Source: Escherichia phage Penshu1. From it: a stretch of DNA of 39,263 nucleotides. The position numbers and the translations under genes were made by a program. Positions 26,174 to 36,331 of this stretch are shown one piece after another. The notes under the pieces were generated by a model. The model did no database searches, was not told the DNA's origin, and was given only the letters and a program-made list of their open reading frames with translations. Numbering within the stretch: the first letter of the stretch is position 1; each line of letters begins with the position of its first letter. The stretch lies in the sequence record MK903281.1; one strand, given 5' to 3'.

Positions 26174-26737
26174 ATGGGTGTCATGGCTGTAGCCGGGGCC
26201 ACTATGTCCGCGTCCCAACAGGCCAAGGCAGAGGGAGCTGCTATTGACGCTCAGAACCGACAGGCTCAGGAGATGATTAAGCAGATGAACTACTCCGACG
26301 CCAACCTGAAGATGCAAGAGCGAGACCTTAAGAATCAGCAGGTCGCTGAGCTGACCGAGACGACTCTGAATGGTATCCGCAATCAGGGAATGGTCCGTGC
26401 AGCAGTGGCTGAGTCCGGTCTGGAAGGAAACTCCATGAACCGCATTGAGCGCTCAGTGGAAGGCGACACCGTGAAAGAACGTGCTGGCATCACCGAAAGT
26501 TACGACCGCGACTATGCGACTATCTTCGGGAACCGTATCGCCAACATTGAGAACACCAAGTCTGCTATCCGTGGTCAAGGTAAAATCATCAAGACCAGCC
26601 CACTAGCTCATGCACTTAATGTTGCTAACGCCGGGATGCAGGGATACGCTGCTGGTGAGTCAATCTCTGGGGCATCAAGCTCTGGGGGTGCTGCACCGAT
26701 TAGTGCTGCTAAAGGCACACCTACAGGTCATAGCTAA
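26174..26737 (+). CDS. Internal virion protein (T7 gene 14 homologue), 187 aa
   Basis: Collinear similarity to T7 gp14 (SGLEGNSMNRIER, YDRDYATIFG, C-terminal AAKGTPTG); weak RBS, probably displaced by the upstream endonuclease insertion. Confidence 0.8.
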   Translation: MGVMAVAGATMSASQQAKAEGAAIDAQNRQAQEMIKQMNYSDANLKMQERDLKNQQVAELTETTLNGIRNQGMVRAAVAESGLEGNSMNRIERSVEGDTVKERAGITESYDRDYATIFGNRIANIENTKSAIRGQGKIIKTSPLAHALNVANAGMQGYAAGESISGASSSGGAAPISAAKGTPTGHS

Positions 26738-26748
26738 GAGGAGGACTA

Positions 26749-29031
26749 ATGGCTAGTAATATTGAATCAGCTCTGGCTAATCGGACTATGGGTCGTGGCA
26801 GAGCGCCGGGTAAAACTATCGCCGTCAACTATCAAGCAGCCAACGTTCAGGCTCCGACTGGCGACTCCGGGCTGGCTCGTGCGTTAACTAACTTCGTTGA
26901 GTCTGGGACTGGATTGTATAAGCAGTTCAAGGACGAGGAGAAGACCAGAGCTGACGAGCGGTCTAACGAGATTATCCGTAAGTTGACACCTCAGCAAAGA
27001 CGTGAGGCTATCCAGAACGGCACACTGCTGTATCAGGATGACCCTTACGCTATGGAAGCACTTCGAGTCAAGACGGGACGTAACGCTGCCTTTGCGGTGG
27101 ATGACGAGATTAACGTTAAGATTCAGAACGGTGAGTTCCGTACACGTCAGGAAATGGAAGAGTATCGCCACCAGCGACTTCAGGACGCCGCTAAGTCCTA
27201 TGCTGAAGAGGCAGGTATTAACCCTACAGATGAGTTCTTCCAGCGCGGGTTCAACGATAACATCACAGACCGCAACATCGCTATCTATGGGTCTTTCAAT
27301 AAGTATTTCAGCAAGCAGTCTGAAGAGACAGCAATGTTGAACACTCGTATTGAGATGAACTCATTCCTGAACGATGGCGACCTGATGCGTTCACCTGAGT
27401 CCGGTAAGACCTTCATGGCCTACCTTCGTGATGGCCTGACTACTGCTGCTATCCCTTCGGACCAGCGAGCACGGGAGGTCATTACCCAGACGGTCCGTGA
27501 CGCAATCCAGAAGTCAGGAGGCTCAAACTTCCTACAGCAAGTCCGTGGCGAGCGTATCACCCTTAACGGCGTTGACGCTACAGTCGAAGAGATTGTAGGA
27601 CCTGATGTCTTCAACGCTGCTATTGTTGAGGCACAAGGCACCGAGTACAAGCTGGTGGCTAAGTATCAGGAAGACTTAGCGTTAGGCGTTCAGTCTGCGA
27701 TTCTTCAGGACGACCCAACCATTGGTCTTGCCCAGATTCAGAAACTCAAGGAGCAGAACAACCTGCTTCAGCCGGGTGAAGAACTCACGCCTCAGCGTCA
27801 GATGCTTATTAATGCCGAAGCCAGCTTACTGGAAGCGGTCAAGCGTAAGTCTGCTGAACAGGCGAAGGAGAACAAGAAGTTAATCCAGACCCAGAACAAG
27901 CAACTGGTCATTGACCAAGTTTATCAGCGACGTCTGGCTGGGGACAACGTGTCCACCAATTATGAGGACCTTCCGGTCTCTGAAGCTACAGGAGAGTTCA
28001 AGCGTTCAGACATGAACAACTATGCGTCTACTAAGCTACAGCAGATTGACCAGATGGACATCCCTGAAGCGGCTAAAGACGCGCAGAAGGTGGCATTGTT
28101 AAGGGCTGACACTAACAATGGTCCGTTCCGTAATGCCTTCCAGACGCTGACTCAGGACGCTGCTGGAGAGTGGCAAGCTGCGGTCATCCGTGGACAGTAC
28201 GACCCAGACAAGATGCAACGCTTCGAATCTCTTCGTCGTGCCTACACTCAGGACCCTTCAAGTTTTGCTGCGCTGTATCCTGACCAAGCTCAATTGTTCT
28301 CTACGTTCGACCAGATGGACAAGATGGGTCTGGACCCTCAGACGATGATTGAAGCTGATAAGCAAGCTGCAAGTCAAAGCCGTGAGATGCGCATGGAGTC
28401 AGACAAGGCGTGGCAGGAGTTGAAGAACGACTCCAAGAACACCCAGTTGTCTCGCCTCCCAACGTCTCTGGACTCAAGTGCTCGTAAGGTCTGGGACTCA
28501 TGGTACTATCGTACAGGTAACGCTGACGCTGCAACTCAGCAGACTCAACGCTGGCTGAATGAAAATACCGTAACGTTCCAGTCTGAAGGTTCTGACGGTA
28601 AGTCAATCGGCATGGTGTCCAAGCATCAACTGATGGTCGGGGACAACCCAGAGTCGTGGCAGGTTGGTCGAGACATTATCGACACCGCTCGTAAGCAGCT
28701 CATTAAGGCCAACCCTTGGGTAGTGAACTCTCAGTTGTCCGTTGTTGAACAGAACGGCTCTGTCTTCCTTCAGGACGCTACCGGGACCATTCGCATCCGC
28801 TACGATAAGGAACTGGTAGGCAAACTGTACCGTGAACAGCAGAAGCAAGCTGAGGATAAAGCCTACGCTGAAGCTGAGCGTACAGCCAACACCCGCGCTC
28901 GCATTGTCGAGACTAAAGCGGCTGGTGATAAACGTAGAGCCGAGCGTGAAGGTAACATCCAGAAACGAGGCGGTCTGTACAGTGATGTCTCGCTGGAGGG
29001 TATCGCAAACACCTTAATCGGTAAGGAGTAA
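26749..29031 (+). CDS. Internal virion protein (T7 gene 15 homologue), 760 aa
   Basis: ERSNEIIRKLTPQQRREAIQNGTLLYQDDPYAMEALRVKTGRNAA is near-identical to T7 gp15; similarity continues along the length. Confidence 0.9.
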   Translation: MASNIESALANRTMGRGRAPGKTIAVNYQAANVQAPTGDSGLARALTNFVESGTGLYKQFKDEEKTRADERSNEIIRKLTPQQRREAIQNGTLLYQDDPYAMEALRVKTGRNAAFAVDDEINVKIQNGEFRTRQEMEEYRHQRLQDAAKSYAEEAGINPTDEFFQRGFNDNITDRNIAIYGSFNKYFSKQSEETAMLNTRIEMNSFLNDGDLMRSPESGKTFMAYLRDGLTTAAIPSDQRAREVITQTVRDAIQKSGGSNFLQQVRGERITLNGVDATVEEIVGPDVFNAAIVEAQGTEYKLVAKYQEDLALGVQSAILQDDPTIGLAQIQKLKEQNNLLQPGEELTPQRQMLINAEASLLEAVKRKSAEQAKENKKLIQTQNKQLVIDQVYQRRLAGDNVSTNYEDLPVSEATGEFKRSDMNNYASTKLQQIDQMDIPEAAKDAQKVALLRADTNNGPFRNAFQTLTQDAAGEWQAAVIRGQYDPDKMQRFESLRRAYTQDPSSFAALYPDQAQLFSTFDQMDKMGLDPQTMIEADKQAASQSREMRMESDKAWQELKNDSKNTQLSRLPTSLDSSARKVWDSWYYRTGNADAATQQTQRWLNENTVTFQSEGSDGKSIGMVSKHQLMVGDNPESWQVGRDIIDTARKQLIKANPWVVNSQLSVVEQNGSVFLQDATGTIRIRYDKELVGKLYREQQKQAEDKAYAEAERTANTRARIVETKAAGDKRRAEREGNIQKRGGLYSDVSLEGIANTLIGKE

Positions 29032-29036
29032 CAATT

Positions 29037-32000
29037 ATGGCGACTCGTGGTATTCGCAACAACAACATCGGGAACATTCGCGTTTCCAAGGACCAATGGG
29101 AAGGAGCTACGGGTGATGACGGAGCGTTCGTGACTTTCGACACCCCAGACTCCGGTGTACGCGCTCTGGCGAAGAACCTGATGTCATATGGTCGACAGGG
29201 CTATGACTCAATCGAGAAGATTATCACCAGATGGGCACCGCCTAACGAGAACGATACTCAGGCGTACATTCAGTCCGTGGCTTCGGCTACGGGCATCCCG
29301 GCAACTCAAAGTCTCGACCTGACGGACCCGGATGTCCTCGCCTCTCTGTCTGAGGCTATCGGCTACCATGAGACTGGCTCTCGCTACGATAAGTCTGTCT
29401 ATCAGGCTGGCGTGGGCCGTGCTCTGGGAGGTGGCATCAGCCCAAAGACTCCACCAGTAAGCGCTAACGTATTTGACGCACTCACGGAAGGACTCAAGGC
29501 TAAACCTAAAGTAACTCTGGGTGAGAGCCTTCCGACCGCTGCTGGTCTGAACATTGAGGGTCAAACACCTGAAGCTCCCAACGAATCGTTCGGTGAGATG
29601 TTCTATAAGGCTACTGGTGAGACCATGCAGGAACGAGAGGACCGCTCTACGTGGTTCGGTTTCGGTGCGGCTACAGAAGCTGAAGTGAAGAACTCTATGG
29701 TCGGCGTGGCTATCAGAGCTGGTCAGACTGAGGACTCACTGGATGTCATTGGCGATGTGTTCAACCCAACCCGATGGAATAGCCATAAGTGGTCTCGTGA
29801 GGAGCTGGACCAGATTCGTAACGCTGGGGTCCTGCCTCAGTATTACGGGGTCATTACTGGTGGCTCCCCTCAGAACCTGACCGAGCTTATTAACTTGGCG
29901 CTTGAGAACCAGAAGTTGGACCAAGAGAAGGCCAAGGCAGGGATTGGTGCTCAGTTAGCCGCTGGTGTGATTGGTGCTGGTGTAGACCCGCTGACCTACG
30001 TTCCTATCGCTGGACAGGTTGGCAAAGGTGGTAAGCTGGTCAACAAGATGTTCACCGTGGCTGCTCAATCTGGAGCACTGGCTGGTGTGTCCGAGATGGC
30101 CCGTACCTCAGTGGCTGGTGGTGATGCCCATGTGGCTGAAGCTATCCTTGGTGGTGCTCTCTTCGGTGGCGGTATGACTGCTATCGCTGATGGGTTAGGC
30201 AGAGCCTTGGGTCGCAACACTAATGAGTTTGCTGGTCCAGCTACACGTTTGGAAGCTCGTGAGACCGCTCGTAACGTTGATGGTCAGGACCTGTCTCGTC
30301 TCCCTATTCAGGAAGGTGAGCAGACCTTTAGTCATCAAGGAGTTAAGTTCGCTGAAGTCCCGAATGAGCCGGGTAGTGTACGACTTGAAGATGGTTCAAT
30401 CCTGATTGGTGAGAACCCTCTGAACCCTAAGACACGTCAAGTCTTTGACGAAGTGATTGAGCCTGAACGTGCTGCTGCTGGTGTGAACCTTGGTGGGCTG
30501 ACTGAGATTGGCCTGAAGCTGCTTCGGTCCGAGAACCCTGAGATTCGTGGAGTAGCTGCTGACTTAGTGCGTTCACCAACTGGTATGCAGTCTGGGGCTT
30601 CAGGTAAAATCGGGACCACTGCGTCAGACGTATTCGAGAGACTTCGTGCTGTGGACCATCGGTTCTACAACGACATCGACGATGCGGTTACTGAGGCGCT
30701 CAAGGACCCATACTTCCAGACAGCATTCTGGCGAGACTCTGGCGCATTCCGTCAGGACATCTACCAGCGCGTGTCTATGGCTATCGAAGATGGTAGCGGA
30801 AACCTGAAGGCTGAACTGACTCCGGGAGAACTGAAAGTCTATGACCTGCTGAAGAACCAGTTTGACGCAAAGCGTGAGATGATGGAGAACCCAGCGATGT
30901 TTGGTCGTACAGACGCTCAGTCTATCTTTCCGGGTAGTAGATTCAAGGGGACCTACGTCCCGCATGTGTATAGCAACCAGATGAAGGAGCTGTACATCAA
31001 GGAGCTTGGAAGTCCAGAGGCACTACAGGAGGCCATCAAGAAGTCATGGTTGACCAGCTATGCGTCAAGACCTGAAGTCAAGAAACGTGTGGACGAGGCA
31101 CTCTTAGAGGCTGACCCTACGTTGACTCCAGATGGACTTGCGGCTGCGGTCGATAAGTACGCCAACGATAAGGCTTACGGTATCTCCCATACAGAGCAGT
31201 TCGAGCGTTCATCCGTAATGGAAGAGAACATCAATGGTCTGGTGGGTCTGGAGAACAACAGCTTCCTTGAGGCTCGTAACCTGTTCGACAGCGATATGTC
31301 AATAGTTCTTCCTAATGGTCAAACCTTCAGTGTCAACAACCTGCGTGAGTGGGACATGGACAAGATTGTCCCGGCCTACAACCGTCGAGTTAATGGTGAT
31401 ATTGCTATCATGGCTGGTACAGGCAAGACAACGAAGGACATGAAGGACTTGGTTGAGACCATGATGAACAAGGCAGGGGATGACGGAAAGTTGAAAGGTG
31501 AGGTCTCGACCTTACGTGACACCTTGAAGATTCTCACTGGTCGTGCTCGACGTGATGGTTCTGATGATGCAGCCTTAGCTACAGTGATGCGCACAATGAC
31601 AGACCTATCGTTCTTCGCTAAGAATGCCTACATGGGTGTTCAGAACTTAACGGAGATTGGTGGTATGCTGGCTCGTGGTAACGTTCGTGCACTGCTTCAT
31701 GGAGTCCCGATGTTCCGTGACCTAGCATTCCGTAACAAGAAGGTAGGAGCTTCAGAGATTAAGGCCCTGCACAATGTTATCTTCGGTAAGGAACTGGATG
31801 ACTCAATCCGTCCGTCTAAACAGGATGTCATTGACCGTCTGCGCTCCTATAGCGACCTAGGTCGTGGGGCAGCTACGGCTTTAGGCTCCGCCAAGTATTA
31901 CACTGGTGAACTTGCAGTACGCTCTCCGTTCACTAAAGTCCTCAACGGTACGACCAACTACCTGTTAGATGCTGGACGTCAAGGATTCCTGTCTGACATC

Positions 32001-32927
32001 GTGGAGCATAGCCTGACTGGTAGTAAGCGTAAGTTCGATGACCGATGGCTGAAGACCGCTGGTATCTCTGACGAGCAATGGAATGGCATTAAGTCCCTAA
32101 TCCGTGAGTCAGTGACTCGTGGGCCAGACGGGAAGTACACCATCAAGGATAAGAAGGCGTTCAGTAAGGACCCAAGGGCTATGGACCTGTGGCGTATGGG
32201 TGACACCATCGCTGATGAAACGTTACTACGACCTCATAAGCTGTCCAACATGGACGCCAAGGCTTATGGTACTATCGCTAAGACTGTCCTTCAGTTTAAG
32301 AACTTCGTCATCAAGTCCATCAATGGACGTACCATGCGAACCTTCTATAACGCCACGAAGAACAACCGAGCGATGGACGCTGCTCTGTCCACTGTGATAT
32401 CGATGGGTCTTGCTGGTGTCTACTACATGGCTCAGGCTCACGTCAAGGCTTACGCTATGCAGGATGGTCGAGACCGTGATTACCTCAAGCAAGCTCTTGA
32501 CCCGACTATGATTGGTTATGCGGCTCTATCCCGTAGCTCACACTTGGGTGGCCCACTTGGGGTCGCCAACATTCTGGGTGGCATCGCTGGGTATGAGGAC
32601 ACTAAGTTACTCCGCTCGTCTATCCTTCCGCGCTCACCTACCGAGAAGACTGAGAAGCCAATCGCCTTTGGTGCGGCTACAAGTGACCCTGTGATGAATG
32701 TTGTTGGTAACTTCTTGGAGCAGGTTCCAGCTTTCGGATATGCTGCTAACGTTGGCTCTTCGGCTTACAACTTGGCTGGCTACCTCAAGGCTGATACTCG
32801 TGTCAACGAGCGTGACTACATGACCGGGATGTATAATACGTTCCGTGAACTGGTTCCGAACGACCCCATTACCCAGAAGCTGTTACTTGGAACGTTTGAG
32901 GAGCAAGGTATCCACATCAAGGACTAA
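29037..32927 (+). CDS. Internal virion protein (T7 gene 16 homologue) with a divergent N-terminal domain, 1296 aa
   Basis: From about residue 200 onward collinear with T7 gp16 (RSTWFGF, TRWNSH, VITGGSPQNL, GAGVDPLTYVP, MENPAMFG, KGTYVPHVY); the first ~200 aa do not resemble the T7 lytic-transglycosylase N-terminus. Confidence 0.9.
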   Translation: MATRGIRNNNIGNIRVSKDQWEGATGDDGAFVTFDTPDSGVRALAKNLMSYGRQGYDSIEKIITRWAPPNENDTQAYIQSVASATGIPATQSLDLTDPDVLASLSEAIGYHETGSRYDKSVYQAGVGRALGGGISPKTPPVSANVFDALTEGLKAKPKVTLGESLPTAAGLNIEGQTPEAPNESFGEMFYKATGETMQEREDRSTWFGFGAATEAEVKNSMVGVAIRAGQTEDSLDVIGDVFNPTRWNSHKWSREELDQIRNAGVLPQYYGVITGGSPQNLTELINLALENQKLDQEKAKAGIGAQLAAGVIGAGVDPLTYVPIAGQVGKGGKLVNKMFTVAAQSGALAGVSEMARTSVAGGDAHVAEAILGGALFGGGMTAIADGLGRALGRNTNEFAGPATRLEARETARNVDGQDLSRLPIQEGEQTFSHQGVKFAEVPNEPGSVRLEDGSILIGENPLNPKTRQVFDEVIEPERAAAGVNLGGLTEIGLKLLRSENPEIRGVAADLVRSPTGMQSGASGKIGTTASDVFERLRAVDHRFYNDIDDAVTEALKDPYFQTAFWRDSGAFRQDIYQRVSMAIEDGSGNLKAELTPGELKVYDLLKNQFDAKREMMENPAMFGRTDAQSIFPGSRFKGTYVPHVYSNQMKELYIKELGSPEALQEAIKKSWLTSYASRPEVKKRVDEALLEADPTLTPDGLAAAVDKYANDKAYGISHTEQFERSSVMEENINGLVGLENNSFLEARNLFDSDMSIVLPNGQTFSVNNLREWDMDKIVPAYNRRVNGDIAIMAGTGKTTKDMKDLVETMMNKAGDDGKLKGEVSTLRDTLKILTGRARRDGSDDAALATVMRTMTDLSFFAKNAYMGVQNLTEIGGMLARGNVRALLHGVPMFRDLAFRNKKVGASEIKALHNVIFGKELDDSIRPSKQDVIDRLRSYSDLGRGAATALGSAKYYTGELAVRSPFTKVLNGTTNYLLDAGRQGFLSDIVEHSLTGSKRKFDDRWLKTAGISDEQWNGIKSLIRESVTRGPDGKYTIKDKKAFSKDPRAMDLWRMGDTIADETLLRPHKLSNMDAKAYGTIAKTVLQFKNFVIKSINGRTMRTFYNATKNNRAMDAALSTVISMGLAGVYYMAQAHVKAYAMQDGRDRDYLKQALDPTMIGYAALSRSSHLGGPLGVANILGGIAGYEDTKLLRSSILPRSPTEKTEKPIAFGAATSDPVMNVVGNFLEQVPAFGYAANVGSSAYNLAGYLKADTRVNERDYMTGMYNTFRELVPNDPITQKLLLGTFEEQGIHIKD

Positions 32928-32945
32928 ACTATCACTATAGGAAAC
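32924..32945 (+). promoter_or_regulatory. Phage RNAP promoter (phi17-like)
   Basis: CTAAACTATCACTATAGGAAAC, +1 G at 32940, overlapping the gene 16 stop codon. Confidence 0.75.
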
Positions 32946-32991
32946 GGGAGGCGCTACCATAGGTCTCCCTTTAAATCACAAAGGAGGCATA

Positions 32992-35733
32992 ATGTCCACG
33001 ATTACACAATTCCCTTCAGGCAACACTCAGCACAGGATTGAGTTCGACTATCTAGCCAGACCATTTGTTGTTGTAACTCTGGTTAATAGCTCTAACCCTA
33101 CCCTGAACCATGTGCTGGAAGCGGGTCGAGATTACCGATTCCTTAATCCAACTATGATTGAAATATTGGCTGACCAATCAGGTTTCGACATCGTTCGTAT
33201 TCACCGTCAGACTGGAACTGACTTAGTGGTAGACTTCCGCGATGGCTCGGTGCTGACAGCTAATGACCTGACCAATGCAGAGCTTCAGGCTATCCATATT
33301 GCAGAAGAAGGTCGAGACCAAACGGTTGACTTAGCGAAGGAATATGCCGATGCTGCTGGTATCTCTGCTGGTAACGCTAAGGATAGCGAGAACGAAGCAC
33401 GACGTATCGCTGAGAGTATCAAGACTGCTGGTCTGATGGGTTACATTACTCGTCGCTCCTTCGAGAAAGGCTTCAACATTACCGCATGGAACGAGGCCCT
33501 GCTGTGGGAAGCTGATGGGAACTACTACCGCTGGGATGGAACATTACCTAAGAACGTGCCTGTGGGCTCTACACCTGAGGCCACTGGTGGAGTTGGTAAA
33601 GGTAAGTGGCTTTCGGTCGGAGACGCAACGTTGCGCACTGAGATGCTTCGTGGTCGCTTCAAGTTCGAGGGAGCTGAGTCTGTCTACTATGTCCCGAACA
33701 TCAACTTCAACACTTCGGTAGATAACCGAGCCGCTGCTTATGCGTTTGCCAGTAAGATTTACATCCCTCGTGATGTGACCATCCGTGTGAACCTGCTGCC
33801 AGACGACGATGTTCGTAAGTTTGTAGGTGAGGGTAAACTCATTGTCAAGAACCAGTTCTATGGAGGTGACATGCTGTTTGACGTAGAGAAGGCGACAAAT
33901 GGTAATGGACGCTCGGTCAAGGATGTACTGATGAGCGCTTACAGTCGTCAGGCCTACGGAGTGGCTGACGTTGGTATCGTTGGCGACTCTATCACCGATG
34001 GTGCGTGGGGTAAACAGAACTGGGCGTCCCCACCTCTTACCCCAGAACGTGACCTTCAGGCTCCTATTGATTATGATCACAGTCTGTCTGGTGGTTCACA
34101 CTCATGGTGCGCGCACTGGGAATACCTGATGAACGCTGTTCAGTCACGCTTCTCCGCCGAGGCTATCTTCAAGATTAAGAACGCCTCTCTGTCTGGTGCT
34201 AGGCTGAGTGACGGCTGGGGCTACCGTAACTTCGACCGTGGGTTCTTCGGTAATATCCGCTATGGTGCAAAAGCTCCGAACATCTGCATTCTGGCTATGG
34301 GCTGGAACGACAGCAGCGCTAACAGCGATACTTACCGCGACCAGATTGACATGTTCGTCCGTAAGGCGTGGGGATATGGTTGCACCGTTGGTATCGTGAC
34401 TGTAAATGACAACGACCCGCACCGCATGGGCTTCGAGGCAGACACAAAGCGTCAGATGTGCAATCGTCTTGGAATCGACTACTTCAACCTAGGTCCTGAC
34501 CTGACGGAAATCAGTAACAAGACCATGCATGATATGGAGTGGTATTACACCAAGAAAGACCCAGCGTGGGACACAACGCACCCTCAGGAGCTTGGACAGA
34601 TGGTAATGGGAAACGCAATGTTCATGCAGACAGTAGGCGAGAAGTATGTACGCCGGGTCAAATCAGGGGATGTAATTACTCCTGCTGTGGTTGAAAGCTA
34701 TTGGGATGCAGTCACTTACCCATCGCACAACCACCTGAAGCCAGCCTATGGTAAGACTGGTGGTACTCCAGTTCTGGACTCGCTGAAGTATCTTCCTATG
34801 GCATCTACTGCTGGTGAGAACGTAACGTTCACCACTTTAGTCTGGTGCGAGGAGAACGATATGTCCCTGACGGTCTTTGAGCCGTGGACTGGTAACGGCA
34901 AGGTAGGGGATTATAACCACGTCAAGGTTATCAACCCAGCGGGCAAGGACTTGGACATTAATGACCCAGTTTATGGAGCCAGAAACACCACGGTAAACAA
35001 TGAGCGCATCCTGCGTCAGGGGAAGTTAGCCTCTAGCTGGCTTGGTGGTGGTAAGAGCTTAACTACCTACGTAGGCCGACTGCGTAAGGGCTTAAACCAG
35101 ATTAACATCGTTAATGGTGGTCAGCTTCCCACTGTTTGGTATCCAGCCCTGAAGTTTGGCACGTCCAACAATGACGGCATCCACATCCCGATGACACGAC
35201 GGGGTATTGGTGTCTCCGCTCTTCCTACAGCACTATACGCAGATGGTAACAAGTTCGAAGACTACATGCTTAGCAACGTTATGTCTGGACGTAAAGGCTC
35301 CCTCACGGCTGACGCTTATGCTCAGCAGGGTACGCTGGTGGGTCGAGTATACGTTAAGTCCGGACTGAAGAAGTCAGTATACTTGGCGTTGAACTGGAAT
35401 CCAATTATGAACACAGCGGTCCTCCTTGGCGTGGCCTCTGATGGTCGACTGGCGGTGGGTACGTGGAATGGTGGTGAGCCTACTGACTGGAAGGTCCTGA
35501 CGTCTGCATATCAGGGCGACTTCACGGACAAAGGTTTTACAGTGTATCACTACACCCAGGTCTCCGATGGTTCTCATCTTTTTACTCTGACTACTGATGA
35601 CGGAACTGTTAAAGACGCTAACGTGTTTACGACACTTACTGCTACATCCGGTGTCGTCGGGCTCCTGAACCGAGTAGGAGGCTCGAAGATTGTGGAAGTA
35701 GAGGCGAACTACACGCTGACTAGCGTAGGGTAA
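32992..35733 (+). CDS. Tail fibre / tailspike with gp17-type N-terminal anchor and an internal SGNH (GDSL) esterase domain, 913 aa
   Basis: N-terminus ([14 protein letters not shown]...DYRF...[16 protein letters not shown]...IHIAEEGRD) matches the T7 gp17 tail-attachment domain. SGNH blocks: GDSITDG (Ser codon 33988-33990), GWND (34300-34311) and DTTHP (34570-34584). Confidence 0.85.
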   Translation: MSTITQFPSGNTQHRIEFDYLARPFVVVTLVNSSNPTLNHVLEAGRDYRFLNPTMIEILADQSGFDIVRIHRQTGTDLVVDFRDGSVLTANDLTNAELQAIHIAEEGRDQTVDLAKEYADAAGISAGNAKDSENEARRIAESIKTAGLMGYITRRSFEKGFNITAWNEALLWEADGNYYRWDGTLPKNVPVGSTPEATGGVGKGKWLSVGDATLRTEMLRGRFKFEGAESVYYVPNINFNTSVDNRAAAYAFASKIYIPRDVTIRVNLLPDDDVRKFVGEGKLIVKNQFYGGDMLFDVEKATNGNGRSVKDVLMSAYSRQAYGVADVGIVGDSITDGAWGKQNWASPPLTPERDLQAPIDYDHSLSGGSHSWCAHWEYLMNAVQSRFSAEAIFKIKNASLSGARLSDGWGYRNFDRGFFGNIRYGAKAPNICILAMGWNDSSANSDTYRDQIDMFVRKAWGYGCTVGIVTVNDNDPHRMGFEADTKRQMCNRLGIDYFNLGPDLTEISNKTMHDMEWYYTKKDPAWDTTHPQELGQMVMGNAMFMQTVGEKYVRRVKSGDVITPAVVESYWDAVTYPSHNHLKPAYGKTGGTPVLDSLKYLPMASTAGENVTFTTLVWCEENDMSLTVFEPWTGNGKVGDYNHVKVINPAGKDLDINDPVYGARNTTVNNERILRQGKLASSWLGGGKSLTTYVGRLRKGLNQINIVNGGQLPTVWYPALKFGTSNNDGIHIPMTRRGIGVSALPTALYADGNKFEDYMLSNVMSGRKGSLTADAYAQQGTLVGRVYVKSGLKKSVYLALNWNPIMNTAVLLGVASDGRLAVGTWNGGEPTDWKVLTSAYQGDFTDKGFTVYHYTQVSDGSHLFTLTTDDGTVKDANVFTTLTATSGVVGLLNRVGGSKIVEVEANYTLTSVG

Positions 35734-35775
35734 CAACTTTGGGTCAAGGACGACCCGCTTTAAACTGGAGGTTTT

Positions 35776-35970
35776 ATGCTTGAGTTAGACTTCAAGAATG
35801 AGGTCCTTAAAGCCTCTCCTATAGTCGGGACCGCTGCGGCTGATGGTGCCAGTCGGTTCTTCTTCGGACTCACACTGAACGAATGGTTCTACGTTGCAGC
35901 TATCGCGTACACCGTTGTCCAGATTGGTGTGCTAGTCTACAAAACGATTAAAGGAGGTGGTAAAACATGA
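35776..35970 (+). CDS. Holin (T7 gene 17.5 homologue), 64 aa
   Basis: MLELDFKNEVLKASPIVGTAAADGASRFFFGLTLNEWFYVAAIAYTVVQIG is near-identical to T7 gp17.5. Confidence 0.85.
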   Translation: MLELDFKNEVLKASPIVGTAAADGASRFFFGLTLNEWFYVAAIAYTVVQIGVLVYKTIKGGGKT

Positions 35971-36230
35971 CGCAGATGGACTTAGAGAAGTTCCTCTTGA
36001 TGCTAGATACTGAACGTGCTCGACTCATGCTGCAAGACCTGCGGGATGACTCTAAGCGTTCACCTCAGCTCTACAACGCCATTGAGAAGCTACTGGCTCG
36101 TCACAACTTCGTGTTAAGCAAGGTGTCTGTGGACGAGAAGACTCTGGCTGATATGGAGGCCCTGAACGCAGAGTACGATAAGGTACTTTCAGCTACTGAG
36201 GATAATGACACTGGATATGGTGTTCAATAA
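35967..36230 (+). CDS. Terminase small subunit (T7 gene 18 homologue), 87 aa
   Basis: Position, size and the RSPQLYNAIEKLLARHNF motif match T7 gp18; ATGA overlap with the holin gene. Confidence 0.85.
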   Translation: MTQMDLEKFLLMLDTERARLMLQDLRDDSKRSPQLYNAIEKLLARHNFVLSKVSVDEKTLADMEALNAEYDKVLSATEDNDTGYGVQ

Positions 36231-36232
36231 GT

Positions 36233-36275
36233 GTTAGACTCAAGGTCATTACTATATGTAGTGGCCTTTATGGTT
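36233..36275 (+). promoter_or_regulatory. RNase III-like processing hairpin, family 2 (R18.5-like)
   Basis: AAGGTCAT (36242-36249) pairs with GTGGCCTT (36261-36268); same conserved motif as at 5770 and 12520. Confidence 0.55.
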
Positions 36276-36331
36276 AACACTAACTAGTGGAGGCGACTCT
36301 ACGTGGATTCTGAGAAATGAGGAGGGCAACT

